From contig OZ253462.1 in assembly GCA_965261395.1 (NCBI GenBank), positions 3,808,001 to 3,872,000 of the forward strand: 64,000 nucleotides of DNA, in the 5' to 3' direction. The stretch comes from Candidatus Latescibacterota bacterium (lineage in GTDB: Bacteria > Latescibacterota > UBA2968 > UBA8231). Shown here in pieces: positions 9,660 to 19,804 of the stretch. Within the stretch, counting starts at the first letter, position 1. Every line of letters starts with the position of its first letter. A program made the position numbers and the translations under genes. The notes beneath the pieces are model-generated. The model was not told where the DNA came from. It worked only from the letters and a program-made list of their open reading frames with translations, and searched no databases.

Positions 9660-10841
9660 ATGGTAGATCCAGTTGTAGTCAGTGCCCGACGCACGGCCAC
9701 GGGCCGCTTTGGTGGTGCGCTGCAAGACGTGACCGCGGCAGAGCTAGGCGGGAAGGTGCTCGCCGCGGCATTGGCGGAGAGCCAAGTGGAAGCGCGCGAA
9801 GTAGATGAAGTGCTGATGGGTATGGTGTATCAGGGCGGGGCCGGGGCCAATCCGGCGCGCCAGGCGGCCATCGCTGCCGGGCTGCCGTACGAGGTGCCGT
9901 CGATGACGGTCAACAAACTCTGCGGCTCGGGGCTGAAGGCGATTGCGCTGGCTGCGCAAGCCTTGCGGGCCGGCGAGGCCGAGGTGGTGCTGGCCGGGGG
10001 CATGGAGAATATGAGCCAAGCACCCTACGTCCTGCACGGGGGGCGATGGGGACAGCGACTGGGGCACGGCCAAGTCGAGGACATGCTACTGCTCGATGGG
10101 CTGTGGGATTGTTTTTACGACTGCCACATGGGGGTTACGGCCGAAAACTTGGCCGCAGAATACGGGATTACCCGCGCCGAACAGGACCAATTCGCCGCGC
10201 GGAGTCAACAGCGGTGGGCCAGTACCCAGGAGCAGCAGGCATTTAAAGGCCAGATTGTCCCCATATCCATCGCGCAAAAAGGTGGGGAGACCGCCTTTGC
10301 AACAGATGAGCATCCGCGTCCCGGGACCACCGTCGAGCAGCTAAGTCAGCTCAAACCGGCGTTCAAGAAAGATGGGACCGTGACCGCGGGCAATGCTTCG
10401 GGCATCAACGATGGGGCCGCCGCGCTGCTGTTAATGACCGAAGAGGGGGCCAAGGCGCGTGGGCTGGTGCCACTGGCCTATCTCCGGGGCACGGCCAGTG
10501 CTGGTGTCGATCCCCGCATTATGGGTATCGGCCCGGCACCAGCGATCCGCAAGCTGTTGGCCCAGACCGGTACCCGGTTAGAAGACGTAGATCGGATCGA
10601 ACTCAACGAAGCGTTCGCCGCCCAGAGCTTGGCCGTAGGTCGGGAACTGGATTGGGACTGGGATAAGGTCAACGTCCAAGGCGGAGCCATTGCTATGGGC
10701 CATGCCGTCGGTGCCAGCGGTGCACGCATGGCCACCACGCTTTTGCACCAAATGCAGCAGCGCAGCGTCAGGCTGGGTATAGCTGCGCTGTGCATTGGCG
10801 GGGGGATGGGCATTGCCGCGCTCTTCGAGCGAGTGGAATAA
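9660..10841 (+). CDS. atoB: Acetyl-CoA C-acetyltransferase (thiolase)
   Basis: NKLCGSG, TAGNASGINDGAAA, ELNEAFA, GHAVGASG and LCIGGGMG motifs. Confidence 0.95.
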   Translation: MVDPVVVSARRTATGRFGGALQDVTAAELGGKVLAAALAESQVEAREVDEVLMGMVYQGGAGANPARQAAIAAGLPYEVPSMTVNKLCGSGLKAIALAAQALRAGEAEVVLAGGMENMSQAPYVLHGGRWGQRLGHGQVEDMLLLDGLWDCFYDCHMGVTAENLAAEYGITRAEQDQFAARSQQRWASTQEQQAFKGQIVPISIAQKGGETAFATDEHPRPGTTVEQLSQLKPAFKKDGTVTAGNASGINDGAAALLLMTEEGAKARGLVPLAYLRGTASAGVDPRIMGIGPAPAIRKLLAQTGTRLEDVDRIELNEAFAAQSLAVGRELDWDWDKVNVQGGAIAMGHAVGASGARMATTLLHQMQQRSVRLGIAALCIGGGMGIAALFERVE

Positions 10842-10910
10842 GCGCGGGCCGGGCGCGGCGCGTCTCGTTCGTCCGCCGACTGCACCCGCCTGCCCGCGCA
10901 CATTCCTTGC

Positions 10911-11312
10911 TCAAGCCGCCTGGAGGGCGGTTTCTTCCTGCACATCTTCCTCCTGCGTGTCTTCCGCATCTTTTTCCAGAACTTGCAGGTTCCGCACCTG
11001 CACTTGGACGCGGAAGTGGGGCTGGTCGGCGTCGTCGCGCCAAGAATGGCTTTGCAGGCGGCCGGTGATAAAGACCGGCGTGCCCTTGTGCAGGCGTTTG
11101 GCCAAGGTCTCGGCCGCTTTCTGCCAGAGGATGATGTCGAAGAAGGAGGTCTCCTCTTGCCATTCTTGATTGCGGTCGCGATAGGAGCGGTTGACGGCGA
11201 CCCGCCCTCGCAGGCGGGCGGCGCCGTTGTCCATGAAGCGGAAGTCGGGCTCTTGCACCAAGCGGCCGCTGAGGGCGACTTGGTTGATATTGGGCATCCT
11301 TAGGGTCGGCAT
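10911..11312 (-). CDS. ssb: Single-stranded DNA-binding protein, short form
   Basis: INQVALSGRL...LHKGTPVFITGRLQSHSW OB fold; AGGAGG RBS; no DDIPF tip. Confidence 0.9.
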   Translation of the reverse strand: MPTLRMPNINQVALSGRLVQEPDFRFMDNGAARLRGRVAVNRSYRDRNQEWQEETSFFDIILWQKAAETLAKRLHKGTPVFITGRLQSHSWRDDADQPHFRVQVQVRNLQVLEKDAEDTQEEDVQEETALQAA

Positions 11313-11371
11313 GAAGTTCCTCCTGATAGATGAGTGAGGCGTCCGTTGGCGGACCGCATGACCATGGCGTT

Positions 11372-11387
11372 AGCAGAAAGTGTGCCA
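11372..11387 (-). promoter_or_regulatory. Sigma54 (-24/-12) promoter for ssb
   Basis: Minus strand TGGCACACTTTCTGCT = TGGCAC-N7-TGCT with exact GG-N10-GC spacing, 60 nt upstream of ssb. Confidence 0.65.
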
Positions 11388-11486
11388 GCGAGCCGCCTAC
11401 GCGCTCAATGGTTTGTTCGGCAATTCGTTATATAGGTCGTTTGACGAGCCGCGATAAGAGGCCATTGCCCCAAATGGGATACACTG

Positions 11487-12964
11487 ATGAGTAACGGAGG
11501 AAACGCGAAGATCCTAGCGCAGCACTTTACGCCCGCAGCGGTAGCACAACTGGCTTGGGATGCGGTGCGCACGCTCGCGGAAAAAGAGTTGAGTGCCGGT
11601 GCACGCGTGATCGATCCAGCCGCGGGCGAAGGGGCGTTGTTGGCCGTGGTCGGACGAGCCTATCAGACCACGGGCATTGAGATCGACGAGGGGCTAGCCG
11701 AGCGGGGGCGCAAGCAAGCGGATCGGTTTTATACCGGAGACGGCTTGCTCGGCACCTTTCCCGAGGTGGCGGACGAGTCATTCGATTGCGTGTTGGCCAA
11801 TCCGCCTTTTGGCAAGTTGGGGACGATGCGGTCCTTGTTTGAGGCGGATGGTTCTCGTCGGCTCGCCCAGCGCTTTAGGCTCCTCGATGGGCAAAAGCAG
11901 ATGCGCGCCTTCCCGGTGGAATCGCTTTTTGTCGAGCGCGCACTGCAACTAACCCGGCCCGCTGGTTGGATGGCCCTGATATTGCCCGAGGGATTCCTCG
12001 CCAATGCCCGGCGGCAGGGCGTGCGCGACTGGCTGCTCGCGCGCGCTGAGGTGCGGGCCGTCGTCGCCCTGCCTGGAGCCTTCAACAAGGTGCAGACGGC
12101 CTTAGTCGTCTTGCGCCGCAGCTGGCCGCTGGCCCGGACCAAGGCACGGCTGATCGCACCGGTCGGGAAAAAGCCGAGCGTGGAGCAGTACGCGCAGCGT
12201 ACCCAGCTTTTGCTCGGCGCACCCGCCCGTCGCGGGCCGGAGGCCGCGTTCCTGAGCGTAGGGCAGCACGCGCTGCGTGCCCGGCGTTGGGATCCGCGCT
12301 TCTGGCAAGGGCGCGCAGCCGTGCGCCGCTTGGCGGGCCGCTTGCGACTGGTCCCGTTGGGGGAGTACATCTGCTATTTGACATACGGGCCTATTGTCAC
12401 GGGCAGCCGTCCTCAGCACGTAGAGGCCGGAGTGCCGGTCATCCGGCAGGGCGACATTGCCGAAACCGGGCTCGACGAGCACGCGCTCTTGTGCGTCGCG
12501 CCCGCAGGCGCGCACGATCCGTCACGCAGCCGCCACGCAGCCGCGTGCGCCCCGGGGATTTGCTGTTGCCTCGGTCTGGGGCCGGGGCCTTGGGCCGGAA
12601 CCGCCTCGCGGTATATCTGGGGAGCAGGCCGGCTAATGTGGGTTGTTTTGTCGATCTGATCCGGCTGGAGGGGCTCAATCCGTTTTACGCTTGGTTTTTT
12701 TTCAAGACGCGGCTGGGCCGCGAGCAGATCGCCGCGCAAGCCAACGGAGTGGGCACGCCGAATATCAGCTTTGGCGAAATTCGCGCGTTGCAGATTGCGG
12801 CCTTGCCCTCGGCCTATCAGGACGCACTCGAAAGGCGCTATCGGGAGCAAGTGTGGCCCCTGCACTGCCGCCGCGAGCGTGCGGAATTTCGCGCCGAGGC
12901 AGAGCGGCGCTTCCGCGCTATCGTCGGCGAGCTAGAAGACTACTTACAGACGCGATGCCAATAG
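11487..12964 (+). pseudogene. N6-adenine DNA methyltransferase fused to a single HsdS-type target recognition domain, frameshifted by an 11-bp tandem duplication
   Basis: QHFTP, DPAAGEG (motif I) and NPPF (motif IV); TRD features VPVIRQGDI, RVRPGDLLL.RSG, NPFY...F and PNISFGEIRALQI; CACGCAGCCGC repeated at 12523-12533 and 12534-12544; removing one copy gives a single 488-aa ORF. Confidence 0.85.
12523..12544 (+). repeat. Perfect 11-bp tandem duplication CACGCAGCCGC x2
   Basis: Read directly: gtCACGCAGCCGC CACGCAGCCGC gtgcgc. Confidence 0.95.
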
Positions 12965-13021
12965 GCAAGTTAGGTTATTCCTCTATCGCCAACGGCCCTC
13001 GAATCGTATTTTATCATAACT

Positions 13022-15082
13022 ATGTCCGATCACAAACACATCAACCGGCTCGCCGACGAATCCAGCCCGTACTTGCGCCAGCACGCCCACAATCCCGTCG
13101 ATTGGTATCCTTGGGGAGAGGAGGCGCTAGCCGCGGCCCGCGACGCCGATCGGCCCATCTTGCTCTCAGTGGGGTATTCGGCCTGTCATTGGTGCCACGT
13201 CATGGAGCGCGAATCATTTGAAGACGAGCAAATCGCCCAGCGCATGAACGCGTACTTTATCAACATCAAGGTCGATCGCGAAGAACGGCCCGATGTCGAT
13301 GAGATTTACATGACGGCCGTGCAGGCCATGACCGGCCAGGGAGGCTGGCCGATGACGGTGTTCCTAACGCCGGACTTGAAGCCTTTTTACGGCGGGACGT
13401 ACTTCCCTCCAGAAGACCGCCACGGGCGGCCGGGCTTTCCCAGGGTGCTGCAAGCGATAGCGGATTACTACCGGGAAAACCGCGCCGGAGTCGCCGAAAA
13501 AACGGCCGAACTCATGCGCGCCCTCCAGCAACACGCTCAGTTTTTGACGCCGGGAGGCGTTCCTGGCGAAGAAGTCCTCGACGGGGCCTGTGAGCAGCTC
13601 AAATCCACGTACGACCGCACGTACGGAGGGTTTGGCGGCGCGCCCAAATTTCCGCCGAGCATGAGCTTGTCTTTGCTGTTGCGGCGCTATGCTAGACGAG
13701 GTGACCAGCGCGCGCTAGAAATCGCTGAGCACACGCTCAAGCACATGGCGAGAGGGGGGATGTACGACCAGCTTGGAGGGGGCTTTCACCGCTACTCGGT
13801 GGATGAGCGCTGGCTCGTGCCCCACTTTGAGAAAATGCTCTACGACAATGCCTTGCTGGTGTGGACCTACCTCGACGCCTATCAGGCGACCCAAGACGAA
13901 TTCTACCGCGAGGTCGTCGAGCACACCCTCGGCTATGTGCTGCGCGAGATGACGCAGCCCGCAGGCGGCTTCTACGCGGCGCAGGACGCGGACAGCGAGG
14001 GCGAGGAAGGCCTGTTTTTTACTTGGCTTTTAGAGGATATTGAGGCCCTGCTGGGCGAAGAAGATGCCGCGCTGTTTGCCCGCTATTACGGCGTGGTGCC
14101 CGAGGGCAACTTCGAGCACGGGCGAAATATCTTGCACGTGGAAAACGAGCTAGAGGGGGTTGCGCTCTTTCTCAAGGTAGCGCCGGAGCGGCTGGCTCAA
14201 GTGGTGGAGCGCGGCAGCGCGGTGCTGCTAGCGGCGCGGCAACAGCGCGTTGCCCCCGGGCGCGACGACAAAATTCTGACGGCTTGGAACGGGCTGATGA
14301 TCAGCGCGATGGCCCGTGCCTACCAAGTTATCGGGGAGGAGCGCTACCTACGAGCGGCTGTCGAGGCGGCCGACTTTATTTTAGAACGCATGGTCTGCGA
14401 CGGCCAACTCCTGCACACCTACAAGGACGGTCGGGCACGGATTTCGGCCTATCAGGACGACTACGCCGGCCTAGTCAACGGCCTGCTGGACCTTTATGAG
14501 GCGAGTTTTGAGCTGCGCTTTTTTGCGGCGGCAGAGCGCTGGGCTGCCGAGATGGTTGCGCGGTTTTGGGATGGGGAGCAGGGCGGGTTTTTCTATGCAG
14601 GGGCCGAGGCGACCGACTTGATCGTGCGCACCAAGAACCCGTTTGACAACGCCACGCCCTCGGGCAACTCGCTGGGTGCTTTGGCGCTTTTGCGCTTGGG
14701 AGCGATGAAGGGCGATCAGGCGTTGTGGCAGCAGGGCGAGCAAGCTCTCGTCCTCTTCGAGCAGCTATTGCGCCGCGCTCCTTCCGCTGGGGCGCAGATG
14801 CTCTGCGCCCTCGACTTCTACTTGGCTAGGCCCACGGAGATTGCCTTGGTGGGGGACCAAGCCGAGTGCTGTGCTTTTGCGGCGGCGCTGCACGGGTGCT
14901 TTGTGCCCAATAAGGTCGTGTTGGCCGCATCCGTTGGGGCGGATGAAGCCGCTGCTGCACTGCCGCTGCTAGAGGGGAAGTTGTCCGTCAGCGGGCGGGC
15001 GTACGTGTGCCGTGACGAGACTTGCTCACAGCCGCTAACTACGGCTGCGGACTTGGTGGAGCAGCTGAAGGCCGAGGGATGA
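13022..15082 (+). CDS. yyaL: Thioredoxin-domain DUF255/YyaL (SSP411-like) protein
   Basis: [47 protein letters not shown] and [13 protein letters not shown] motifs. Confidence 0.92.
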   Translation: MSDHKHINRLADESSPYLRQHAHNPVDWYPWGEEALAAARDADRPILLSVGYSACHWCHVMERESFEDEQIAQRMNAYFINIKVDREERPDVDEIYMTAVQAMTGQGGWPMTVFLTPDLKPFYGGTYFPPEDRHGRPGFPRVLQAIADYYRENRAGVAEKTAELMRALQQHAQFLTPGGVPGEEVLDGACEQLKSTYDRTYGGFGGAPKFPPSMSLSLLLRRYARRGDQRALEIAEHTLKHMARGGMYDQLGGGFHRYSVDERWLVPHFEKMLYDNALLVWTYLDAYQATQDEFYREVVEHTLGYVLREMTQPAGGFYAAQDADSEGEEGLFFTWLLEDIEALLGEEDAALFARYYGVVPEGNFEHGRNILHVENELEGVALFLKVAPERLAQVVERGSAVLLAARQQRVAPGRDDKILTAWNGLMISAMARAYQVIGEERYLRAAVEAADFILERMVCDGQLLHTYKDGRARISAYQDDYAGLVNGLLDLYEASFELRFFAAAERWAAEMVARFWDGEQGGFFYAGAEATDLIVRTKNPFDNATPSGNSLGALALLRLGAMKGDQALWQQGEQALVLFEQLLRRAPSAGAQMLCALDFYLARPTEIALVGDQAECCAFAAALHGCFVPNKVVLAASVGADEAAAALPLLEGKLSVSGRAYVCRDETCSQPLTTAADLVEQLKAEG

Positions 15083-16032
15083 GCAAGCGCAAGACCGCAG
15101 ATGACATGTTGCAGTTAGTAGGGGACACGCCCCTCGTGCGTCTCTACCGCGTCGTGCCCGCCAATGGCAGCCAACTCTACGGCAAACTCGAAGCGCGCAA
15201 TCCAACCGGCAGCGTCAAAGACCGCATCGGCGTTAGCATGATCCGCGCCGCCGAGGCGGCCGGTCAGCTCAAAAAGGGCATGACCATCGTAGAGCCTACC
15301 AGCGGCAATACCGGAATTGCGCTGGCCCTCGCCGCGGCCGTACTGGGCTACCGGCTAGTGCTGACCATGCCCGAGAGCATGAGCTTGGAGCGGCGGCAAG
15401 TTATGGCCAGTTACGGTGCGGAAATCGAGCTGACGCCCGGGGATGAAGACATGTCCGGGGCTATCCGCAAGGCCGAAGAACTCCAAGCTGACGATCCCGG
15501 GGGTGTGTTTATTCCGCAGCAATTTGCCAACTTGGCCAACCCAGAAGCCCATCGCCGCACCACGGCCGAGGAGATTCTCGCGTCCACTGGGGGTGAGCTA
15601 GACGCCTTTGTCGCGGGGGTGGGAACTGGCGGCACCATAACCGGCGTTGGGGAGGTGCTCAAGCAGGCCGTGCCGGACGTGCGCATAGTAGCGGTTGAGC
15701 CTAAGCGCTCGCCCGTGCTCTCGGGGGGCGCAGCTAATTTGCACGGCATTCAGGGGATTGGCGCAGGTTTTGTTCCCGAAGTCCTCGAGCGGGAATTGAT
15801 TGACCAAATCGTGCAGATAGACGACGACGAGGCCTTTCACTACACTCGCCGCTTGGCCCGCGAGGAAGGGTTGCTGTTGGGGCCTTCGTCCGGGGCCAAT
15901 GTGGCGGCCAGCTTACAGGTGGCCAGCGCTCTAGGCCCGGAGGCCCGTCTGGTGACCATGCTCTGCGATACGGGGTTTCGCTATTTCAGCGTTGATGGGT
16001 TTATTGACGCTGAAGGCTCAGCGCAAGAGTAA
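15079..16032 (+). CDS. cysK: Cysteine synthase A
   Basis: [24 protein letters not shown] and [10 protein letters not shown] motifs; ATGA overlap with the yyaL stop. Confidence 0.95.
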   Translation: MSKRKTADDMLQLVGDTPLVRLYRVVPANGSQLYGKLEARNPTGSVKDRIGVSMIRAAEAAGQLKKGMTIVEPTSGNTGIALALAAAVLGYRLVLTMPESMSLERRQVMASYGAEIELTPGDEDMSGAIRKAEELQADDPGGVFIPQQFANLANPEAHRRTTAEEILASTGGELDAFVAGVGTGGTITGVGEVLKQAVPDVRIVAVEPKRSPVLSGGAANLHGIQGIGAGFVPEVLERELIDQIVQIDDDEAFHYTRRLAREEGLLLGPSSGANVAASLQVASALGPEARLVTMLCDTGFRYFSVDGFIDAEGSAQE

Positions 16033-18540
16033 CATCTTCGTTGCTTGGCTGGTCGCGCCCGCGCGCATGATGAGCAAGTAGGTGCCGCTGGCCAACGCCC
16101 TTCCCTGATCGTCCTTTCCATCCCAATGAATCTGATGCGTCCCCACGTCCCGATGCTGGCGCAAGAGAGTGCGCACGGCTTGGCCGAGGGCGTTGTGTAC
16201 GCGCAGCTCTACCAAGGTGCCGGCGGCGAGTGTGTAGGTGATTTGCGTCGAGCCATTGAAGGGGTTGGGGAACGCAGGTGCAAGGGCGAAGCGGGTCGGT
16301 TGTTGGCCTATAGCCGTGGGCCAAACCGGCTGTGCCAGTGCGATGCCGCGTGGATTCTGGCCGGCTGCGTAGTGGCCGACGACTTCTTCGCGCATGGCAT
16401 CAACGATGTGGATCTCATTGGAAAAGGAGCTGGTGACGTACGCTTGCGTGCCGTCGGGCGAGAAGGCAATGGCCCGTGGATTGCGGCCGATGGCGAGCTT
16501 TTTGCGCAGTGTTCCGCTGGCGGCATCGACGATTAGTAGGGAGCCTTCTTCGTGCGCGGTCAAATAGAGCTTGCGGCCATCGGGGCTGGGCGCGATGGCA
16601 AAGGTGCCGCTGACGCCTAAGTCGATGGAGCGCGAGACGGTCGCGCCATCGACATCAATGGCGGTCAAGCGGCCCGTGTCCATGCTGGTTACGTAAAGCG
16701 TCTTGCCGTCGGGCGCAAGAGCGAGGGAGCGCGGTTTCGGCGGTACTGATATGCGGCTGGTTATGTGGCCTTGCGGCGAGAGGACGAGTACGCGGCTGCC
16801 AGCGATGTCGGTGGTGAATATCTTATCGGCGGTAGCGGCGACGCCGTACAGCCCTTCACTCGTGTCAGCGAGTGAAACGGTGCGCGCTTGGCCCGACTCG
16901 ATATCGACGATAGTCAGCGCACTCGTGCCCGAGTTAGTCGCGTAGAGGGTTTTGCCGTCGGGCGCGAGGGCCATGTCGAGGGGCTGGATGGCGGTCTCGA
17001 TGCGCGTCTGGACTTGGAAGGTCGCGGTGTCGATGACGTGGAGGTCGTTCGACGAGAGATTGGACACGAAGAGTTGGTCGCCGACTAGGAGCACTTGGAT
17101 CGGCTCGTCGCCGACGGGGATACGCGCTAGCTCGCGACGGGTATCCGTATCGACGACGCCGATGGCATCGTCGTCGCGCAAGGCGGTAAAGGCCAGCGGG
17201 GCCCCGGTCAGCTCGACGATGGTGAAATCGAGCCAAGCGTCTGCGTAGGGAAAGTACGAGACCTTGCCGTCGGCACCGTGGGCTTCGATCTGATAGGCGG
17301 TGTGCGTGCCGACGTGCTGTCCGGGAATTTGGGCGACGAAGAAGCCGTCTTGCTGCTGCATCCGCAGGTGCTGTATGCTCCCTCCGTCAATTTGATAAAG
17401 AAGCCACAAGTTGACGGCATCGCGGGCTTCGACGCGCACTGGATAAGGGCCTTGTGTATCGGGGGTGTTGGTGACCAGCGCTATGGGGAGGACGAAGGGA
17501 TAGCCGGGCACGGCAAGACCCGTGACGAAATCAACATCGTCGATGTGCTGAGCAGCAGCCAAGTCGAGGATGGGGGCATAGGCGTCGTCGCGGGCGTTGT
17601 CGTAGAACTCCGCGGGGAATCCAATGGCAAAATCAGTGAAAATACCGCCGAAGTTCTCTTCGTTAATCGCCCCTGCAATGGGCGCGAGGCTCAGGCGGTA
17701 GCGACCCGGTGTCAAGCCGTGCAGCCGGTAGTGCCCGACCGTGGTGGCACTGGGGTCGGCACCCGAGACGGTGCTGAACAGTTGGCCGGTGTCGAGGTTT
17801 TCGGCTTTGATATGGGTGCCGAAGAGTGGCTGCTGGTCGAAGTTGCGGACTTGGCCGGTGATGCTGCCGACGCTGGCTTGATAGCCAACGGTCGGATAGA
17901 GGAAGCTGATGCCGGCGATGTCGTCGGGTTCGAGGCTTTGCGCTTCGCCGAAGTCGTCTCTGTAGTTGAAGGGGTTCATAGTCGGGCGGATATGCGGGGG
18001 GCCGTCGAGAGGAGTGTGTTCAAGTCCGAGCAGGTGGCCGATTTCGTGAATGGCCACGTCTTTGAGGTTTATCAAGCGGCCGCCGTTATCGCCAGCGGAA
18101 AAGCGGAAGTCGCGCCCGTTAAAGATGATGTCCGCGTCGGTGATATGGCCGGTCGTGGAATGGGACCTGATGCGAGTTAAGGCGATGACGCCGGTCTCGG
18201 GCGGGGCGTCTAGGTAGCGTCCGGTCTCGTCGAAGTAGATCAGGTTGCGCCTGTCTCTTTGCGTTGGGACGCTGCTTTGGGTCGTGCCCTGATCGACAAA
18301 GTCCACCCGCGCCGTAGGTACGTCACTCCAGACCTGAAAGCTTTCGCGTATCAGTGCACGGGTCCGGGTGGGAGATAGGTCGTCGGAACCGGCGGCGTGG
18401 AGCGCGAAGGGAATGCGGTCGGGGTGACGCCAGGTCTGCTGGACTTGGTGCCCAAATGGGGATTCAACGGTCTGGATGAGAAAGCCGTGGCTGGGCATGG
18501 CGACGAGCAGACTGCCAAGCAGCAGGCCGCTAGTGCGCAT
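16018..18540 (-). CDS. Secreted matrixin/metzincin metalloprotease with YVTN-type beta-propeller and C-terminal FlgD-Ig/T9SS-like domain
   Basis: Signal peptide; HEIGHLLGLEH with downstream Met-turn TMNP; repeated APDGKTLY blades; C-terminal FPNPFNGSTQITY...WDGKDDQG...SGTYL. Confidence 0.85.
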   Translation of the reverse strand: MRTSGLLLGSLLVAMPSHGFLIQTVESPFGHQVQQTWRHPDRIPFALHAAGSDDLSPTRTRALIRESFQVWSDVPTARVDFVDQGTTQSSVPTQRDRRNLIYFDETGRYLDAPPETGVIALTRIRSHSTTGHITDADIIFNGRDFRFSAGDNGGRLINLKDVAIHEIGHLLGLEHTPLDGPPHIRPTMNPFNYRDDFGEAQSLEPDDIAGISFLYPTVGYQASVGSITGQVRNFDQQPLFGTHIKAENLDTGQLFSTVSGADPSATTVGHYRLHGLTPGRYRLSLAPIAGAINEENFGGIFTDFAIGFPAEFYDNARDDAYAPILDLAAAQHIDDVDFVTGLAVPGYPFVLPIALVTNTPDTQGPYPVRVEARDAVNLWLLYQIDGGSIQHLRMQQQDGFFVAQIPGQHVGTHTAYQIEAHGADGKVSYFPYADAWLDFTIVELTGAPLAFTALRDDDAIGVVDTDTRRELARIPVGDEPIQVLLVGDQLFVSNLSSNDLHVIDTATFQVQTRIETAIQPLDMALAPDGKTLYATNSGTSALTIVDIESGQARTVSLADTSEGLYGVAATADKIFTTDIAGSRVLVLSPQGHITSRISVPPKPRSLALAPDGKTLYVTSMDTGRLTAIDVDGATVSRSIDLGVSGTFAIAPSPDGRKLYLTAHEEGSLLIVDAASGTLRKKLAIGRNPRAIAFSPDGTQAYVTSSFSNEIHIVDAMREEVVGHYAAGQNPRGIALAQPVWPTAIGQQPTRFALAPAFPNPFNGSTQITYTLAAGTLVELRVHNALGQAVRTLLRQHRDVGTHQIHWDGKDDQGRALASGTYLLIMRAGATSQATKMLLLR

Positions 18541-19099
18541 CGCGTGTCTCCGGGGTTTGGTCTTCGGTCAGGGCGTGCACCCGCGCCAAAAATTGGTCGA
18601 GCAGCATGCCTTGGACCGGTTCGTTGGGCGGCGCCTTTTTGGGCGCGCTCTGCGGCTCGGCGTGCAGCGTAAGGCCGTCTAGCTCTTGGAAGACGTGTGG
18701 TCTGTTGGCTCCGCTGCGCTTTATGGCGAAGTGTCCCTGAGCCAGTCCGACCGGCCAGGAGTGCCCCAATGCGTTCGCCGCGGTGAGAAAGAGCACCGCC
18801 TCGTCGCCGGGGGCGAAGACGGGCATGCCGACGATATGGGTAAAAACGCCTTGCAGATTTCCGCCGGGCAGGTGCAATTCCAGTTGCGAGATCGCTGGCC
18901 CTTTGATGGCTTGGGAGACGGAGAACACATAGCGGGTATAGATCTGTCCGCGCACCCATTGAGGCTGGGCTTGGCTACAGACTCCGACGACGATGCGTTC
19001 GGCACTGGCGGTCAGAGCCGCCAAATCGAAGCGCTGGACTGTAGTAGCCGCAAGTGGAGTGGTTAGCCAGACTAGACAGAATGCAATGCGAGCGATCAT
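18530..19099 (-). CDS. Secreted hypothetical protein, possible partner or propeptide-like subunit of the metalloprotease
   Basis: Signal peptide; TTVQRFDLAALTASAERIVVG...PGG...GMPVFAPGDEAVLFL...VGLAQGHF; overlaps the protease start. Confidence 0.75.
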   Translation of the reverse strand: MIARIAFCLVWLTTPLAATTVQRFDLAALTASAERIVVGVCSQAQPQWVRGQIYTRYVFSVSQAIKGPAISQLELHLPGGNLQGVFTHIVGMPVFAPGDEAVLFLTAANALGHSWPVGLAQGHFAIKRSGANRPHVFQELDGLTLHAEPQSAPKKAPPNEPVQGMLLDQFLARVHALTEDQTPETRDAH

Positions 19100-19154
19100 T
19101 GCGCTTATCTCCTCAGGGATACTCGCTCTTTGCGCATAGAATCAATATCCATAT

Positions 19155-19181
19155 TAGACGCTAGGGAGCGGTTAGGGTTGC
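19155..19181 (-). promoter_or_regulatory. ECF-type promoter (GCAAC-N16-CGTCTA) for the 19099-16018 operon
   Basis: Minus strand GCAACcctaaccgctccctagCGTCTAAT matches the AAC-N16-CGT ECF consensus. Confidence 0.55.
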
Positions 19182-19267
19182 CTAGGGGGCTTGGGATACT
19201 CGCTCTCTCGGAGATGTTGGTTTAAAATATTATAAAGCAATAAGTTAAGTTCTGTTTGGCCTATTCA

Positions 19268-19296
19268 TTGACACTTACGTTCACGTCAAGTACATT
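19268..19296 (+). promoter_or_regulatory. Sigma70 promoter TTGACA-N17-TACATT with a dyad operator in the spacer
   Basis: TTGACActtacgttcacgtcaagTACATT; contains ACGT-N2-ACGT and TTGAC...GTCAA symmetry, upstream of the MerR gene. Confidence 0.75.
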
Positions 19297-19329
19297 GCTT
19301 GCCAGAACCTCGCAGCGAAGGATGTCTCC

Positions 19330-19791
19330 ATGCAAATAGGGGATCTGGCCGCTAAGGCCGGAGTTACGCCGCGCACGATTCGCTACTATGAAGAATTGGG
19401 AATCGTCGAGCCGGAGGAGCGCACCGCAGGCGGGTTTCGCCTGTATTCGGAAGCGCAATTGCGCCGCTTGCAAATCGTCCAAAACCTCAAGGATTTGGGG
19501 TTCGGGCTAGAGCATATCCGTGCGTTTTTCAACCTGAAGCACTGCAACGAGTCGGGGGGGGGCTTGGCGCGCGAGCTCGTCGAGCACCTAACCGAGCAAG
19601 AGCGCCAGATCGACGAGCGCATTCGCCAGTACTCGCTTATGAAGGAGCGGAATCGGCGGGCCATTGAAATTCTCAGTGGCTGTTTTTGCTGTACGGTCAA
19701 GGTCGTCGAGCGAGATTGCCACCACTGTGAGGTCTATCGGAAGCACGACGAGGTTCCCGACCTCATCGAATGCGCCATTTACGAATCTTGA
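19330..19791 (+). CDS. MerR family transcriptional regulator with Cys-rich C-terminus
   Basis: IGDLAAKAGVTPRTIRYYEELG...RTAGGFRLY HTH; C-terminal CFCC...DCHHC. Confidence 0.92.
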   Translation: MQIGDLAAKAGVTPRTIRYYEELGIVEPEERTAGGFRLYSEAQLRRLQIVQNLKDLGFGLEHIRAFFNLKHCNESGGGLARELVEHLTEQERQIDERIRQYSLMKERNRRAIEILSGCFCCTVKVVERDCHHCEVYRKHDEVPDLIECAIYES

Positions 19792-19804
19792 GGGGATGTA
19801 ATCT

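Noticed and set aside
10911-12964. ssb plus methyltransferase as a prophage or plasmid remnant
   Set aside because: No integrase, replication or structural genes; host-like composition and housekeeping flanks
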